A stretch of DNA of 64,000 nucleotides, taken from NCBI GenBank assembly GCA_964187785.1, contig OZ076409.1, positions 9,178,001 through 9,242,000 on the forward strand, given 5' to 3'. Shown piece by piece: positions 11,761-22,899 of the stretch. The notes beneath the pieces were generated by a model. The model was given only the letters and a program-made list of their open reading frames with translations. It did no database searches and was not told where the DNA came from. How positions within the stretch are numbered: the stretch's first letter is position 1; the number at the start of each line of letters is the position of its first letter. Both the position numbers and the translations under genes were made by a program. The stretch is from Amphiscolops sp. MND2022. Lineage: Eukaryota.

Positions 11761-14700
11761 TGGTTCGACCTGCAAGGTCGAATCATTCCAAATCATCCTG
11801 ACCTACCACCGCATCTGCAGAAATTGGAGCCTAAGGCTCCTGACCAAGCACTCCGTGTGCTTCGCCGTGTGCAACGAGCGAACAATCGAGAACGACAGGC
11901 GAAGGCGCTAGCCGCACCTCTACCGCCCAAGACTCCACCCGTACTGCAAAAGCACGAGGACTTCTACCCAGACTATCCTGAAGACTGGATAGACGTCACC
12001 ACTGAGGCGAGCGAGGATTACCTGCTGCCAACACATGCAGTAAATGTCCCCTCGCGCACCATCTATTCAGTGACGGGAATGAGTAACGCCATGCTACAGA
12101 ACTCTCCTGGTGGCGTGCGCGAGTCGATCATGGCCCTCAAGGACATCGACACCGAGCTCCATGAACACACTCATACCGTGCATGGGATCAAGGATTTGGT
12201 CCTAGCCCAAAACCGCGATGTCCATGTGCTAGCGCTGAAAAAGCTCGTGCAGTGTGAATCCCTAGATAACGATGTGTTTCCCGAGAACGTGCGTGAGTTC
12301 GCACGTAATTACTTCCGCCAGAAAAAGGACCTCTTGTTCATAAACAAGAATGATGTCCTTTGCGTGCAATACTCCCCCACCCAACGCCCATTGCACGAAC
12401 GTCCGTGCATGATCATAATGCCTCAACTGTACCAGCATGAAATTCTGTTCCGTGCGCACGACGCAATGGGACACCAAGGTATCTCAAAAGTGGTAGCTCG
12501 AATTCAAGAGCGCCACATTTGGCCCGGCATACGGCGCAGCGTCGGTCGATACGTCGGCCAGTGCCTCACCTGCCAACAAGTACGTGACAAGCCTGGTGAC
12601 GTACGATTTCAACTGAAAAACATTCAGAGTGGCTACTTCAACGAGTTGGTCCAGTACGACCACTTAAAAATCTGCCCCTCTGATAATAACAACACCGGCA
12701 TTTTGGTCATCATCGACCATTTCTCTAAATTTGCAGAGGCAGTCCCTTGTAGTCACCACGACTATGACGCAGTAACCACCTCACGATTGCTGCTGCAGAA
12801 TTGTTTTGCCCGCCACGCCACCCCCACTCGCATGCAATCAGACAATGCTCCAAACCTCACCGCTGAAGTCTCCAATGAGTTCCTAAAGGCAGCTCACGTC
12901 ACTAAGGTGACCTCCACTGCCGGACATCCACGAACTCAAGGCTTGGTGGAACGGCAAAACCGCACCCTCTTAACCTTGTTGCGAGTCTTTTGCCCACGTC
13001 GCATGCGCGACTGGGACCAATGCTTAGATGAAGTGATCGGTGCCTATAATTCCACCAGGCACGCCACTACAGGCTTCTCGCCCTACATGTTAACAAGGGG
13101 TGTTGAGAAAGCAATCCCCCTCACCTTTTTGTACCCTGAATTTGCGGCCAAGTCCTTTGATACGCATGAAGCATACGTGGATCATGTGTTGGCTCGCCAA
13201 CAAGAAATTCACGACTTGGTCCGGCGCAATACGCACCAAGCCCAATTACGCCAAAAATTGAAATATGATCGTGCTATCCGAGCACGAGCTTACCAGCCAG
13301 GAGAGCTTGTCTGGGTTTTTTGCCGCTACGTGCCGCAAAAAGGCTCTCCCAAACTGATGCGAGCCTGGCGTGGCCCGCACAAAATAGTACAAGTCTTTCA
13401 AGAAGGACGCGTCTATGTATTGGACACAGGCCAAAAGGTTCATTTTGAGCGCCTGAAACCTCATCATAGTGGGCCCTTTGAGCTCGCCACCGCGCAAGCG
13501 GACAGCGGCGAAATAGTGGTACTCATGGACCCTGACCCTGAACGTTCTATTGAAGTAGTTGACGACGATAAGTCCCAGTCTTCATATAAAACTGAACAAC
13601 TACTTTCAGAAGCATCTGACGTATCCTTGCCTTCGCGCAAGCACCATTGGATGGATACCCGTTTGCGCACAAAGCTACGTGCTGGAGGTTCCCGCATGCA
13701 CTACCAGCAGTTCGACTACTCGATCTCGGGCACTGACGACGAGTTGTCCGAAATCATGTTACCGGTACCTCCTGATCCCGTTGATGCTGATCGTACGGAA
13801 CCCGAACCCCAACCCCCTTCAGACCAATCAATATCACCTACCCATCGTCTACCTCAACTATTCTCAGACCATGAGCGCGCGCGCTCTCCGTCACCACAAA
13901 TATCCTCTCCCGAAAAACAGCCCTCATTATTGGGAACATCGGCCCCACTACTGACAAATCCATCGCTGACGAGTTTCCTCAATAACTATCCCATTTGGCC
14001 GGCCGCTCCGTCCCTTCCTCTGAAATCCGCCACCGACGATGACGACGCTCAGTCCAATGTCCCTACTCTTCCCACGACATTGCCCGGAGCGGGGACCGCT
14101 CCTTCTTTCAAAAGGGGGAGGGGGAGACCACCCAAAACGCGAAAAAGGCTGGTCAGAGCGAAGGCAAGAACGAGGAAGAAAGAAACAACAACAACAATGC
14201 CGTCGGAAACAGCAATACCGACCGAGGCTTCTGAGGTCCCCCGATACCAGCTGAGAAGCAGGCGGCAGCCACGCTACAAGTGCGGGACCTGTGGGCTGCG
14301 AGACTGTGTTTGCTTGCTAGCCGTCAATGAGAACCGGAGGGTTCCCACTGGAGCCCGGGGAGTCCCTCCAGAGCGGGGAGAAAATCTAGTACATCGCCTT
14401 ACGGTGAGAGCTGAAAAGACTTATTCCTCCCTGGAACGACACGGAGACCATCCTGTGGATACTATTCTAGAGAAGTTATCACTGCCTGGAGTAGCGAAAG
14501 CTCCATCTCCTCGATTCAAGGAGTGGACTAGTGACGGAAAAGGGTTAGAGTTTACCCTCGCAACGGTGATGCCCCCAGTACCCAGCAATATTGCGTTTGG
14601 ACCCTTCAACTTCGAGCGGGAGCCTGTGCAAATGGTCCGATGCATCACCGCTGATCTTCTCTGTGACAAACACGGAATTCACGTGGATCCGGGCGGAGTA

Positions 14701-15615
14701 TACAGCCCAGCGCCGCACTGGTGGTTGCTGGTCACTGCTCCACGAGTGGAGGCAATAGTGGAACCACTGCACCTGCTGTCCTGCTTGGAAGGTCTGAGGA
14801 CCCTCACTACCGCGGACTTGATACTTTGCTTCCACATCATAGACTGGTATCGTGGCAAAGTGAAATTCGCGTGGTGGTTGGAACTGATCATCACTTGTTT
14901 CACCAATTATCCTCGCATTAGATTGCTGGACGAGTGGACTCATACTTTCGAGATTCCGCTTCCCCCAAAAGCCGCTTTGAGCACCCTGGATACATGGGTC
15001 AGGGCGAGCAGCGATAATCGAGCGATGCCACGCTCGGTGTGGCAAGACCTGGCTGCAATCCAGGGGCGTACGCCCCGCGTATGCTTGCCTGCCGACAATG
15101 GGCCGGGGAGAGAGATTATCTACCCGAGAATTCTGCATTCAGCCCCAACAGAGCACCTCTCATGTGATGTGACTGATTTTCTTCAAGTAAAAGGTGATAT
15201 GGTGTTAGCGTGTCCCGCTGACCTAGAGACCAACTCAGCCGCCCTACGGTACGTGCTACGAGAATGCGGCAAGGAGAATGTATTCTCCTTACGTCCTAAG
15301 GTGGGAGAGATTCTCACCATTCCTCCCGATATCAACCCAAACCCCAATCAGAGCATTCACTTACTAATAATCAGAGCAAACCAGCGTGCGCCGCTGCTCA
15401 CCGACTACTACCTACGTTGTATGACGCACTTGATACAACGTTTGATAGAGAAAGGATCCACGAGGGTCCACCTACCTATACTGGATCCAGAGCGACCCGC
15501 CCTTTCATTGGTAAACCTGTACCATACCCTAACGAATTTGCTGGAGGGCACTGGCATTCACGTGATGCTGCATAACCGCGTGTATGTGTCCATTCTGAAC
15601 ATAGGGCCGGAGTAG
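11668..15615 (+). CDS. pol: Integrase of element A with a long C-terminal extension (AT-hook, Cys cluster, two macrodomain-like units)
   Basis: HHCC (HDAMGH...CLTC), DDE (QYDH, QSDN, VERQN) and WRGPHKI. KRGRGRPPK lies at about 14110, CGTCGLRDCVC at 14281, and macro-like segments at about 14590-14940 and 15150-15600. Confidence 0.92.
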   Translation: MPRTAACAAASYWRALEFPLGRGIRQPPHSPWFDLQGRIIPNHPDLPPHLQKLEPKAPDQALRVLRRVQRANNRERQAKALAAPLPPKTPPVLQKHEDFYPDYPEDWIDVTTEASEDYLLPTHAVNVPSRTIYSVTGMSNAMLQNSPGGVRESIMALKDIDTELHEHTHTVHGIKDLVLAQNRDVHVLALKKLVQCESLDNDVFPENVREFARNYFRQKKDLLFINKNDVLCVQYSPTQRPLHERPCMIIMPQLYQHEILFRAHDAMGHQGISKVVARIQERHIWPGIRRSVGRYVGQCLTCQQVRDKPGDVRFQLKNIQSGYFNELVQYDHLKICPSDNNNTGILVIIDHFSKFAEAVPCSHHDYDAVTTSRLLLQNCFARHATPTRMQSDNAPNLTAEVSNEFLKAAHVTKVTSTAGHPRTQGLVERQNRTLLTLLRVFCPRRMRDWDQCLDEVIGAYNSTRHATTGFSPYMLTRGVEKAIPLTFLYPEFAAKSFDTHEAYVDHVLARQQEIHDLVRRNTHQAQLRQKLKYDRAIRARAYQPGELVWVFCRYVPQKGSPKLMRAWRGPHKIVQVFQEGRVYVLDTGQKVHFERLKPHHSGPFELATAQADSGEIVVLMDPDPERSIEVVDDDKSQSSYKTEQLLSEASDVSLPSRKHHWMDTRLRTKLRAGGSRMHYQQFDYSISGTDDELSEIMLPVPPDPVDADRTEPEPQPPSDQSISPTHRLPQLFSDHERARSPSPQISSPEKQPSLLGTSAPLLTNPSLTSFLNNYPIWPAAPSLPLKSATDDDDAQSNVPTLPTTLPGAGTAPSFKRGRGRPPKTRKRLVRAKARTRKKETTTTMPSETAIPTEASEVPRYQLRSRRQPRYKCGTCGLRDCVCLLAVNENRRVPTGARGVPPERGENLVHRLTVRAEKTYSSLERHGDHPVDTILEKLSLPGVAKAPSPRFKEWTSDGKGLEFTLATVMPPVPSNIAFGPFNFEREPVQMVRCITADLLCDKHGIHVDPGGVYSPAPHWWLLVTAPRVEAIVEPLHLLSCLEGLRTLTTADLILCFHIIDWYRGKVKFAWWLELIITCFTNYPRIRLLDEWTHTFEIPLPPKAALSTLDTWVRASSDNRAMPRSVWQDLAAIQGRTPRVCLPADNGPGREIIYPRILHSAPTEHLSCDVTDFLQVKGDMVLACPADLETNSAALRYVLRECGKENVFSLRPKVGEILTIPPDINPNPNQSIHLLIIRANQRAPLLTDYYLRCMTHLIQRLIEKGSTRVHLPILDPERPALSLVNLYHTLTNLLEGTGIHVMLHNRVYVSILNIGPE

Positions 15616-15903
15616 CCCGCCCAAAACTCTTTTTTGTTGCCCCCCTCTTTGATTTACCCACCCCGATAATCGTTATGTCTGGGAGGAAGTCTTAAACCAT
15701 CCCATGAAATGATTACCTTGTAACGTAGCGTTAAATAACTCCTATCTTTATGTTCTAGTTAGTTAGTTGAACTACAATTTAAACTTGTTGCGGTTCCCCT
15801 ATGGAACCATCTTTGTACTATTGCAGCTGGATGACGAGCCTTAAGCTCTCCTCACAATGCACCTAGTAAGCCTAACGGTAATCCTTTTTAGACCTATGAT
15901 ATA

Positions 15904-18900
15904 ATGGCTTATTACCCCAACAACACGGTGCCTATTTCCACGACGGGACCTCACGCCAATAGGTCTCAAGAATTGCCTGCGCGAGCGCAGAGGACTAATC
16001 AAGTCCAATATGTAGAAGAACGACTGAGGAACGGCCTCTCACCGTTAGCGGTAGCGGGCGTGGCCGCCCTGCTCGCTCAACTAGACACAATGCAGACGCT
16101 GCCGGGTGTATCTGTGTCTCTGGTGACGGAAGTAGCCGGTTACCGTCGCACGCTAACCTGCCAAAACAATGCGTGGGATGGCCACGATTTGACGCACCAG
16201 TTCTTGGGTGAACGTTCTACCACAATGCTCGGGCCCAGCCAGGGCACGAGATTCGAGCAAGAAGCCTCACTGTGAATGGTGCCTGCCAGCGTAGCAACAA
16301 TGCCACCTCCTCAGATGGTCGCATTGCCCCCACCAGCACCAAAACCAGTACCAATGACGCCAACCTATTCCGGTTCACCTGCCTTTGGAACCTCATATCG
16401 AGCACCACACATGGTACTGCAAACCACTACTAGTGCACCAGTCTCTGATCGGGAGCCCTCGGGGTCCCGGTTGCCACCCATACAAAACCTAGAGCTGACG
16501 GGAAGGAGTACCAGCGAACAGGCCGTAATTGTGGCCTTGCAAGCAGTGGCCAACTATCCCAACTCCTCCGATTTTGTTCGTGCCGTAGAGCAGAGAATCC
16601 CTGGACTAGCCACTTATCTGCAAGCTGCTGTTCGGCCCGCGGGCTGTGACCCTCCTGCTCCCTTAGTCGAGACGGCATCTATGGATGTGGAAATTGCCGC
16701 TGGACCAAGCAACAGCGCAAGCGCTGCTACTGGCGCACGAGAAGAAGCGGGGAGAAAGCGACTAACTGAAGAAACTGTCTCAGTTACCCCAGCTAGCTCA
16801 GTAACCGAGAGCCCGACTAGTCGTCCCCCTCCCGACAAGCGCGCTGATGTACCTCGACCCCAGCTGAAGAGTGTAGTCATCCCTAGGCCTCCGTACCGGG
16901 TGGGTCATCTAGGCCGAAGCGCACCTGAAATGTCTTTAGCGGACGCGATCGAGCAGTATGGAGATCCGGATGCAGGCTCGGAAGTGAGCTCTGTGCCCTC
17001 GGGCACGAATCCAATAGATGTGTCCTTGGAGGTACCTGAGATGTGAGAGGAGAATTGCCCTCCATCTTTCCTCCCTCCCTCTGATGACGTATCCGGTTCA
17101 GTAGTCACCAATGACAGTAAGCGCATTTGGATGGCGGCTGAGCATCTCTACCCCAGTCAATGCGCTATAAAGAAAAGGACCCCTCCAACTGAAACGGAGC
17201 AAAAGGAGATTAACCGAACCACGATACCGGCGCAGGTCACACGTTCGCTGCGCCCCCGGGACGCAGATATGTCGGAGCAGGCCTGGGAACAGCGTGCTCG
17301 AGAGCAGCTGCCTACGACAACTAACGATTACATGGCACCCTTGCAACATAATATCACCGAGCATTTCCCCGCACGGTATGTGTTGCGAGAAGGTGAGACA
17401 TGGGAAGCGAACGCCCGCTACGCTCGCAATTTGAGATCTCTGAAACCACTATTGAAAGCAGCTCTGCAGCGCGCGCGCTACTGCATGGCGGTTGATTCTA
17501 CTTGCCGGAGTGACCTCCCTATTGACAATTTGATGCCTGACGTGCTGGTGCTGACTATGCCCCTGTCTCGCTTTGCTGAGGTCGCCGAGATGGTTGGAGC
17601 CATATACGATCCAAACTTAAGAGGATCACAGAAGGAAGCAACCCCACAGCGCGTGATCTTTGCCAATCTTCTGGATCACATGGCTTGCGAAGGGTTGCTG
17701 CGTGACCTGGACGCCATAATGTCCGATGTCCGACGACTTGGAGACATTGCAGCCCTGGTAAATGAGGTAGTCGGTGCAATGGAACGTGCCGCAGGGATCC
17801 TTCGGGGTCGTCTGGGAGCGCTCGCGCTCTTTGTATCCCCACCAGGATTTATGTATTGGCCACGAAGTCTGCAGCAGTTTGTCTACATTCTGCTGGAGGT
17901 ATGCAAGGCGCGCAGAGTCGAATTCGCCATCTGTGCACCAAACTTGCGTGTGGACCGAGAGGACCTGTGCCCAGATACCTTATCGTATCCAGCCTTCTTT
18001 GCCGCCGTATCTAGAGCACTCGTGGCTATAGAACGCTCGGGAAATGCCCAGCTAACCATTGACGACGCTATCCTCTATGATTATGGAATGCGGATGGGCA
18101 GATTGGCCTCTGACGTTGACGGCAACCGCATCGCCCGAGAGTCTAATGTAACCAAACGAGAGGCTGTTCGTCGGTACAACTGGCTAGTGCAAAAAGACAA
18201 AGAAATCCCAGTGCGCGCAGAGTTAGCCGAACTGACAAAACAAATTGGTGCATGGCCTGCAGCGCGCACCGTTGAGAGAACAATCCCTCAGATCCACTTC
18301 GCCTCAGGAATCGTGCCCGTGAAGCTGCCTGTAGGACTGCGATGCATCGTGGCAATGGAAGCAACAAATCTGAAGGCAGAGGTCGACGCCGCAGCCACCA
18401 TTTACGCCTATTGGTACCAGACTAGGTTTGCCACCAGAACTCTGGCAGAAGTAGCTCGAGAGCTCAATTGTCCATTGGAAGCCTTCTGTACCAGTCTTGG
18501 TCTGGGATGGAACCTTGAAGTGCTAACTTCCGAGTTTTCGCTGACCCCTACGCAAACGGACAAGCTGCTAGAAACAATTGGAGAGGCAACTGTCGGAGAA
18601 ATACTAGCGCTCGCGCTAGCGATGGGTCCAACAAAGTTTGTAGCCGGACCACTGGCCTTGTTGGTCGACATCGTGATTGCCTGCGACCTCACCGTGTTCT
18701 ACAGCTACTTGGTCCTGGCACAAGGACAACTACGCAGCCTGACCCGCTGGGGACACTTGATGACCTCCAAAGACCAACAAGACTATTCCGCTCAACTGGA
18801 GCGCATGCGTGCGTCGATCCAGCACTGGCTATATTCCACCCTGGTGTTCACCTCTGGTGTATTCGTGGGCGTGGACCAATCCCAACCACTACACAACTCA

Positions 18901-20211
18901 GACCAGCAGATCCCACGGGAAACGGCAGGGTTCCCCTTGCCGCAGCAGATTGCTGATCTCACCCTGGCTGAGGTAGAGGATTTCGTGGCAGCCATGGCTC
19001 CTGTCTTGGCCCCTATCTTTGGCGCAGTGGGCGTGTGCCGATACCCTACAAAACCATTAGCAACAGCAGTCCAAGTGCACATGGTCTCCTTTAGCACCTA
19101 TCTGCGAGGCCGTCCCTCACTGGCATATCCAAGGGTAATACATGCCGTGCTGAGTGGTGAAGTGCCGCATGGGTACACGACCATAAAATCCGAAAGAGAG
19201 TTGGAGGAGAACCTGATGGGTTTGTTGCGCGCGCGCACCAGGAAAGCATGTCCTCTGCCCCGAGAGCATGGGCCAGTGAACTGGTACTCCGCACCTCTCA
19301 ATTTGGAACGAGTCCCCTTTAGGTTCCCCTGGAGTCAAGAGTTCATAAGAAAGGCGATTCGCGCCAGCACTAGTGCTGGTCCACCTGTGGACCCTTTATA
19401 CAGCTTTAAATGCATCGCCTTCCCGAATCGCTATTGGAAGGAGCCGTTAGGTTGGCCTAGGGCGAAACCCGTTGGACGCGCCCCAGAGGTTTTCAACCGT
19501 CAAATCCAACACTTGAAGTCAGCCCAGATCCCAGGATGGATTGAAGGCGCTGCTCAGATCAGGCAAAGGAATCTCCAATCCCGCGTTACCCCATTCCCCA
19601 GGAAGTCGGCATGGAAACCTACGGGAAAGATGACCATGTCTGGAGATATATCCATCGTCCAGCATGATGAGATCAATTCCGTGTTGGGCTCAACAGAACG
19701 AGCAAGATGGGAAGAATACTGTCTGGAGTTGGAGATTGCTAGCTTCCCTAAATGGAAGAGAGCTTGCTAGCTCTGGAGCCAACCTGGGTGGATCTCACGC
19801 CGAGTCGCACTAGCAGGAGAAGGTAGAGCAGAGATAGCGAGACAACAGGCGTTCGCGCCTACCATGCTCGCACCAACGATGGCGATGTCTTTGGATCGGC
19901 CCATCTCTCAACCGATCACCATTAAACTTCCAACCCACAACTTGGAGCCAGAACCAGTTGGCCTGTCTTCATCGCGAACGAGCCCTCAGACCTCGCAGCA
20001 GCAGTCCGGAGAGCACGCTCCTGAGTTGACTCCCAATGCAGCACTAGTGCAGCCCATTGCCGAGTTGTCGCTTCCCGAAAGTCTGTCGGACTCCGAAACA
20101 GTTGCCACAGAAGTCTCTCCCCGACGTCGAGCGTCAGTATCGACTGATAACCCAGAACAGAACCAAGATGATGCCACTAAAGAGCGGACCCGACGCAGTT
20201 CGGCTCAATAA
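15904..20211 (+). pseudogene. Accessory ORF2 of element A (about 1,435 codons, three in-frame stops) with an SGNH/GDSL-like domain
   Basis: ORFs 15904, 16276, 17131 and 19864 share one frame and the gaps are open. The TAG at 19768 is GAG in the upstream copy (reads CELW). Confidence 0.85.
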
Positions 20212-20949
20212 ACCCAGCCGCTAATGGGAGCGTTCGCGCTCCCTATACCCTCACAAACTGCCAACAAACAGTGCCTTAAATCATCCAGAACGGTGCTACA
20301 GTACAAAGTGCAATTTTTGTTCATAGTTATGGTTATATAATTAGTGTACCATTAGTGTTGCACTGGGTGTACGGCCAATAGAGTACGCCTGCACCAGTGG
20401 CTTGAATTACCAAGCAGAAAGAAAAGAAAAACTATTATCAAGAAAAACTATTATTTTTATTGCGCACCGTTCGCGGTGTTTTTGAGTTGTCACAATCAAA
20501 AGAAGTCTTATCCCTCTTGATTGCGTTTCTTTCTAGTCTAGTGTTTTTCATCAATTTGGTTGTTCACCGTAAGAGCCCGCAAGCTCTAAAAAAGTTTTTA
20601 ACCGCCTGAAGTGAATTGAAGACTATAAGTCTCAAATGGTAAGGAAAAGCAATTTTAGCCGACTTTGGTCGCAAAAAATTTTTTTTACGTAAGTTGACTG
20701 CCCAAACGAGTTTTAACCGGCTGAAAACTGTAGCTCTCGAGCTGGTGCTAAAACCTCGTTCGTGTTTTGTACAAATAGCTAGGCAGTAAGTTCTTTTTTT
20801 TTTTCGTAAAAAAACCGCAAAGCTGACCAAAATTGTTGCCGAAAAACAAGGACTCGTCCTTGTTCCCCGATGTGTGGATGATGGTTCCCAGCAGTCACTG
20901 TGATGCAGTTCCCAGACGAGCCAGACGCCGCTTGCCAGGGACGACAAGC

Positions 20950-20967
20950 CAGGAGCCTGGGGAGTGA
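20950..20967 (+). promoter_or_regulatory. Polypurine tract of element A
   Basis: CAGGAGCCTGGGGAGTGA lies directly before the TGTAACG of the 3' LTR. Confidence 0.7.
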
Positions 20968-21696
20968 TGTAACGGCAAGCTCTGGTACAGCAATATCAAC
21001 CGACATGTTTAGAAATTTTGTCAAAAATTCGTTCAAATTTGACGTGGCACTCAAACATGCTCAAGACGAAGTACCTGCCAGAAAAAGCACCCCAGAAAAG
21101 CAGAAATCGCCGCTCGTTACAAACAAGGACCGGAGACGACTAAAAAGACGTCCCCAACGCATACAGAACACGGTATTGTGTCAATCTCTAGGAGATATCC
21201 GTTACTACAGTAAAGGAAACCAGTGTTCCAGTTGTTCGCCTGAGTATCCCTGCGGTATCCTGTGTGGCAACTAGCGCTAGCGCTGGGAAGCTGAGGTCAA
21301 TTTTCATCAAATGACTCTGAACTCTTGATTTCTTGTTGTATTTTTCGATGTGGTAAATTAATATGCTCGAGAGCTGTTGTTTAACATCTGTTTATCCAAT
21401 TTGGCGATTTTATCAGATTCTCCAATATCACGGTTCAACCTTCATCGATTTTCAGCCCAATTTTTAAAGGCTAGTTGAGCAGTGGTCTTGAGTCTTACAA
21501 GATGCCTGTTACTTTTAGCAGTTACAGACTAGGACCAGGCCAGAGAGTATCCTACAAGACGATTCCCCCACCTTGGGACTGGCTCCTCCGGAGGGAAAAT
21601 GAGCTAGAGCCGCGGAGATCTAGGTCCCAGATTATATTCGCTGTTCTAGTTCCTCCACTCTACTTTGCGGTTCAAGCGCCTGCGCTTATCGTTACA
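20968..21696 (+). repeat. 3' LTR of element A
   Basis: 729 bp TGTAACG...CGTTACA, homologous to 2925-3651. Confidence 0.95.
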
Positions 21697-21814
21697 TTAC
21701 AGGGGTGACAAGGGTTCTGAAACCCACAAATCACAATCTCAAAAATAATCATCTGAAATATTCTTCGCCGAACTTTTTTTGCTCTCTTCAAAAATACTCT
21801 TCAACGTCTTAGGC

Positions 21815-22154
21815 GGGTGGGCGGAAATAGGTCGAAGGAACGGGATCGAAAATCAGAGTTAGTCTTCAGGTCGACAATACCAAATTTTTGAATGGGATCG
21901 AAACAACTCGGATCGAAATTTTTTTAACGTAGGCAGATATGTTCACATACCCCTAGTGCCCTGAATGCAGGAGCGAAGCGACGTGCCATATGGCCATGCC
22001 TCAATGTTGCTACTTGGCGAAGGGAGCGAAGCGACCGAGCCATACAACAAATACGATAAAATTCGACCGCATTCCATTCGATCCCTGTAATTCGATCAAA
22101 AGGTTCGACCTCAGTCCTTTCGACCAGAAAAATTCGACCTATTTACAGCCACCC
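21815..22154. mobile_element. MITE with 9-bp TSD (Mutator-like)
   Basis: TIRs GGGTGGGCGGAAATAGGTCGAA / TTCGACCTATTTACAGCCACCC are flanked by GTCTTAGGC on both sides. The element is absent in copy B2 at about 25990. Confidence 0.85.
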
Positions 22155-22189
22155 GTCTTAGGCATTCCAAAAAGTTCCAGACCCGAGAC

Positions 22190-22693
22190 GGCTACGTGGA
22201 ATCAGGTCTAATGAAATAGATCTAAGAGAGGGGGCAAAACTGAGATCTAAATAAATTGATCTAAAAATCAGGTCTAAAAATCTTTTCTAATTTGATCTTA
22301 TTTGAGAAAAAAATTAGTCAATTAGGATCTAAAACTAAAAAGTGATATAAAGTATAAAACGTGCCTCGGATATGTCCCCATTTCCTCTAGTGCCCCGCGG
22401 CCTCTTGGGGCCGCTTATATTCCCATCTTGCTAAGCGAGGTCGAACAGGGGCAAAGACCTAGCGGGAACGGAGATCGCGAAGCGATCGTAGTGGGAGTTG
22501 GTCTTTGCGACGGTGAGGGCGAGCGTGCATACATCGCATATGCCCCACATTACATTTTCGCTTTCAGAACACATATTAGATCATAAAGTGGTTAGACCTG
22601 AGTATTTTAGATAAAATAAGATCTTAAAGTTAGACCTAACAGTTAGATCTAAATCCATTAGACCCAAGCCATTAGATCAAAGGCGTACACTCC
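22190..22693. mobile_element. Second MITE-like insertion with an imperfect 9-bp TSD
   Basis: Flanked by ACCCGAGAC/ACCCGAAAC, with inverted GATCTA/TAGATC-rich arms. Absent in copy B2 at about 26015. Confidence 0.7.
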
Positions 22694-22899
22694 ACCCGAA
22701 ACTACGATCCATACAACAAAAGTTAGTACTTTTGGACTTTATCTAGTGGAATTACTGTAAGTCTCAGAGTCGACTAAAGATTATAGCAAATTTGGTGTTC
22801 ATGTCTTTCTCAAAGGCATTTTAGTTTAAGTCTTACGAAAAGGTAACCAAAAAACAACCACTCAAACTAAACTACTATTGGTAGCGCCACCAATTGTTG

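Larger units (their letters stand above)
2925..21696 (+). mobile_element. Large Ty3/Gypsy LTR retrotransposon, element A (about 18.8 kb)
   Basis: Paired LTRs TGTAACG...CGTTACA, PBS, PPT, domain order gag-PR-RT-RH-IN, and an extra ORF2. Confidence 0.97.

Noticed and set aside
6337..11911. Stops and frameshifts in A as programmed recoding
   Set aside because: They are numerous, some fall in homopolymer runs or within domains, and an equivalent stop in ORF2 is shown to be a mutation by the tandem copy.
6234..19338. Numerous short antisense or alternative-frame ORFs overlapping gag-pol and ORF2
   Set aside because: They are shadow ORFs of GC-richer coding DNA with no motifs or splice support.
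15904..20211. ORF2 as an envelope gene
   Set aside because: No evident signal peptide, furin site/fusion peptide arrangement or C-terminal TM anchor.
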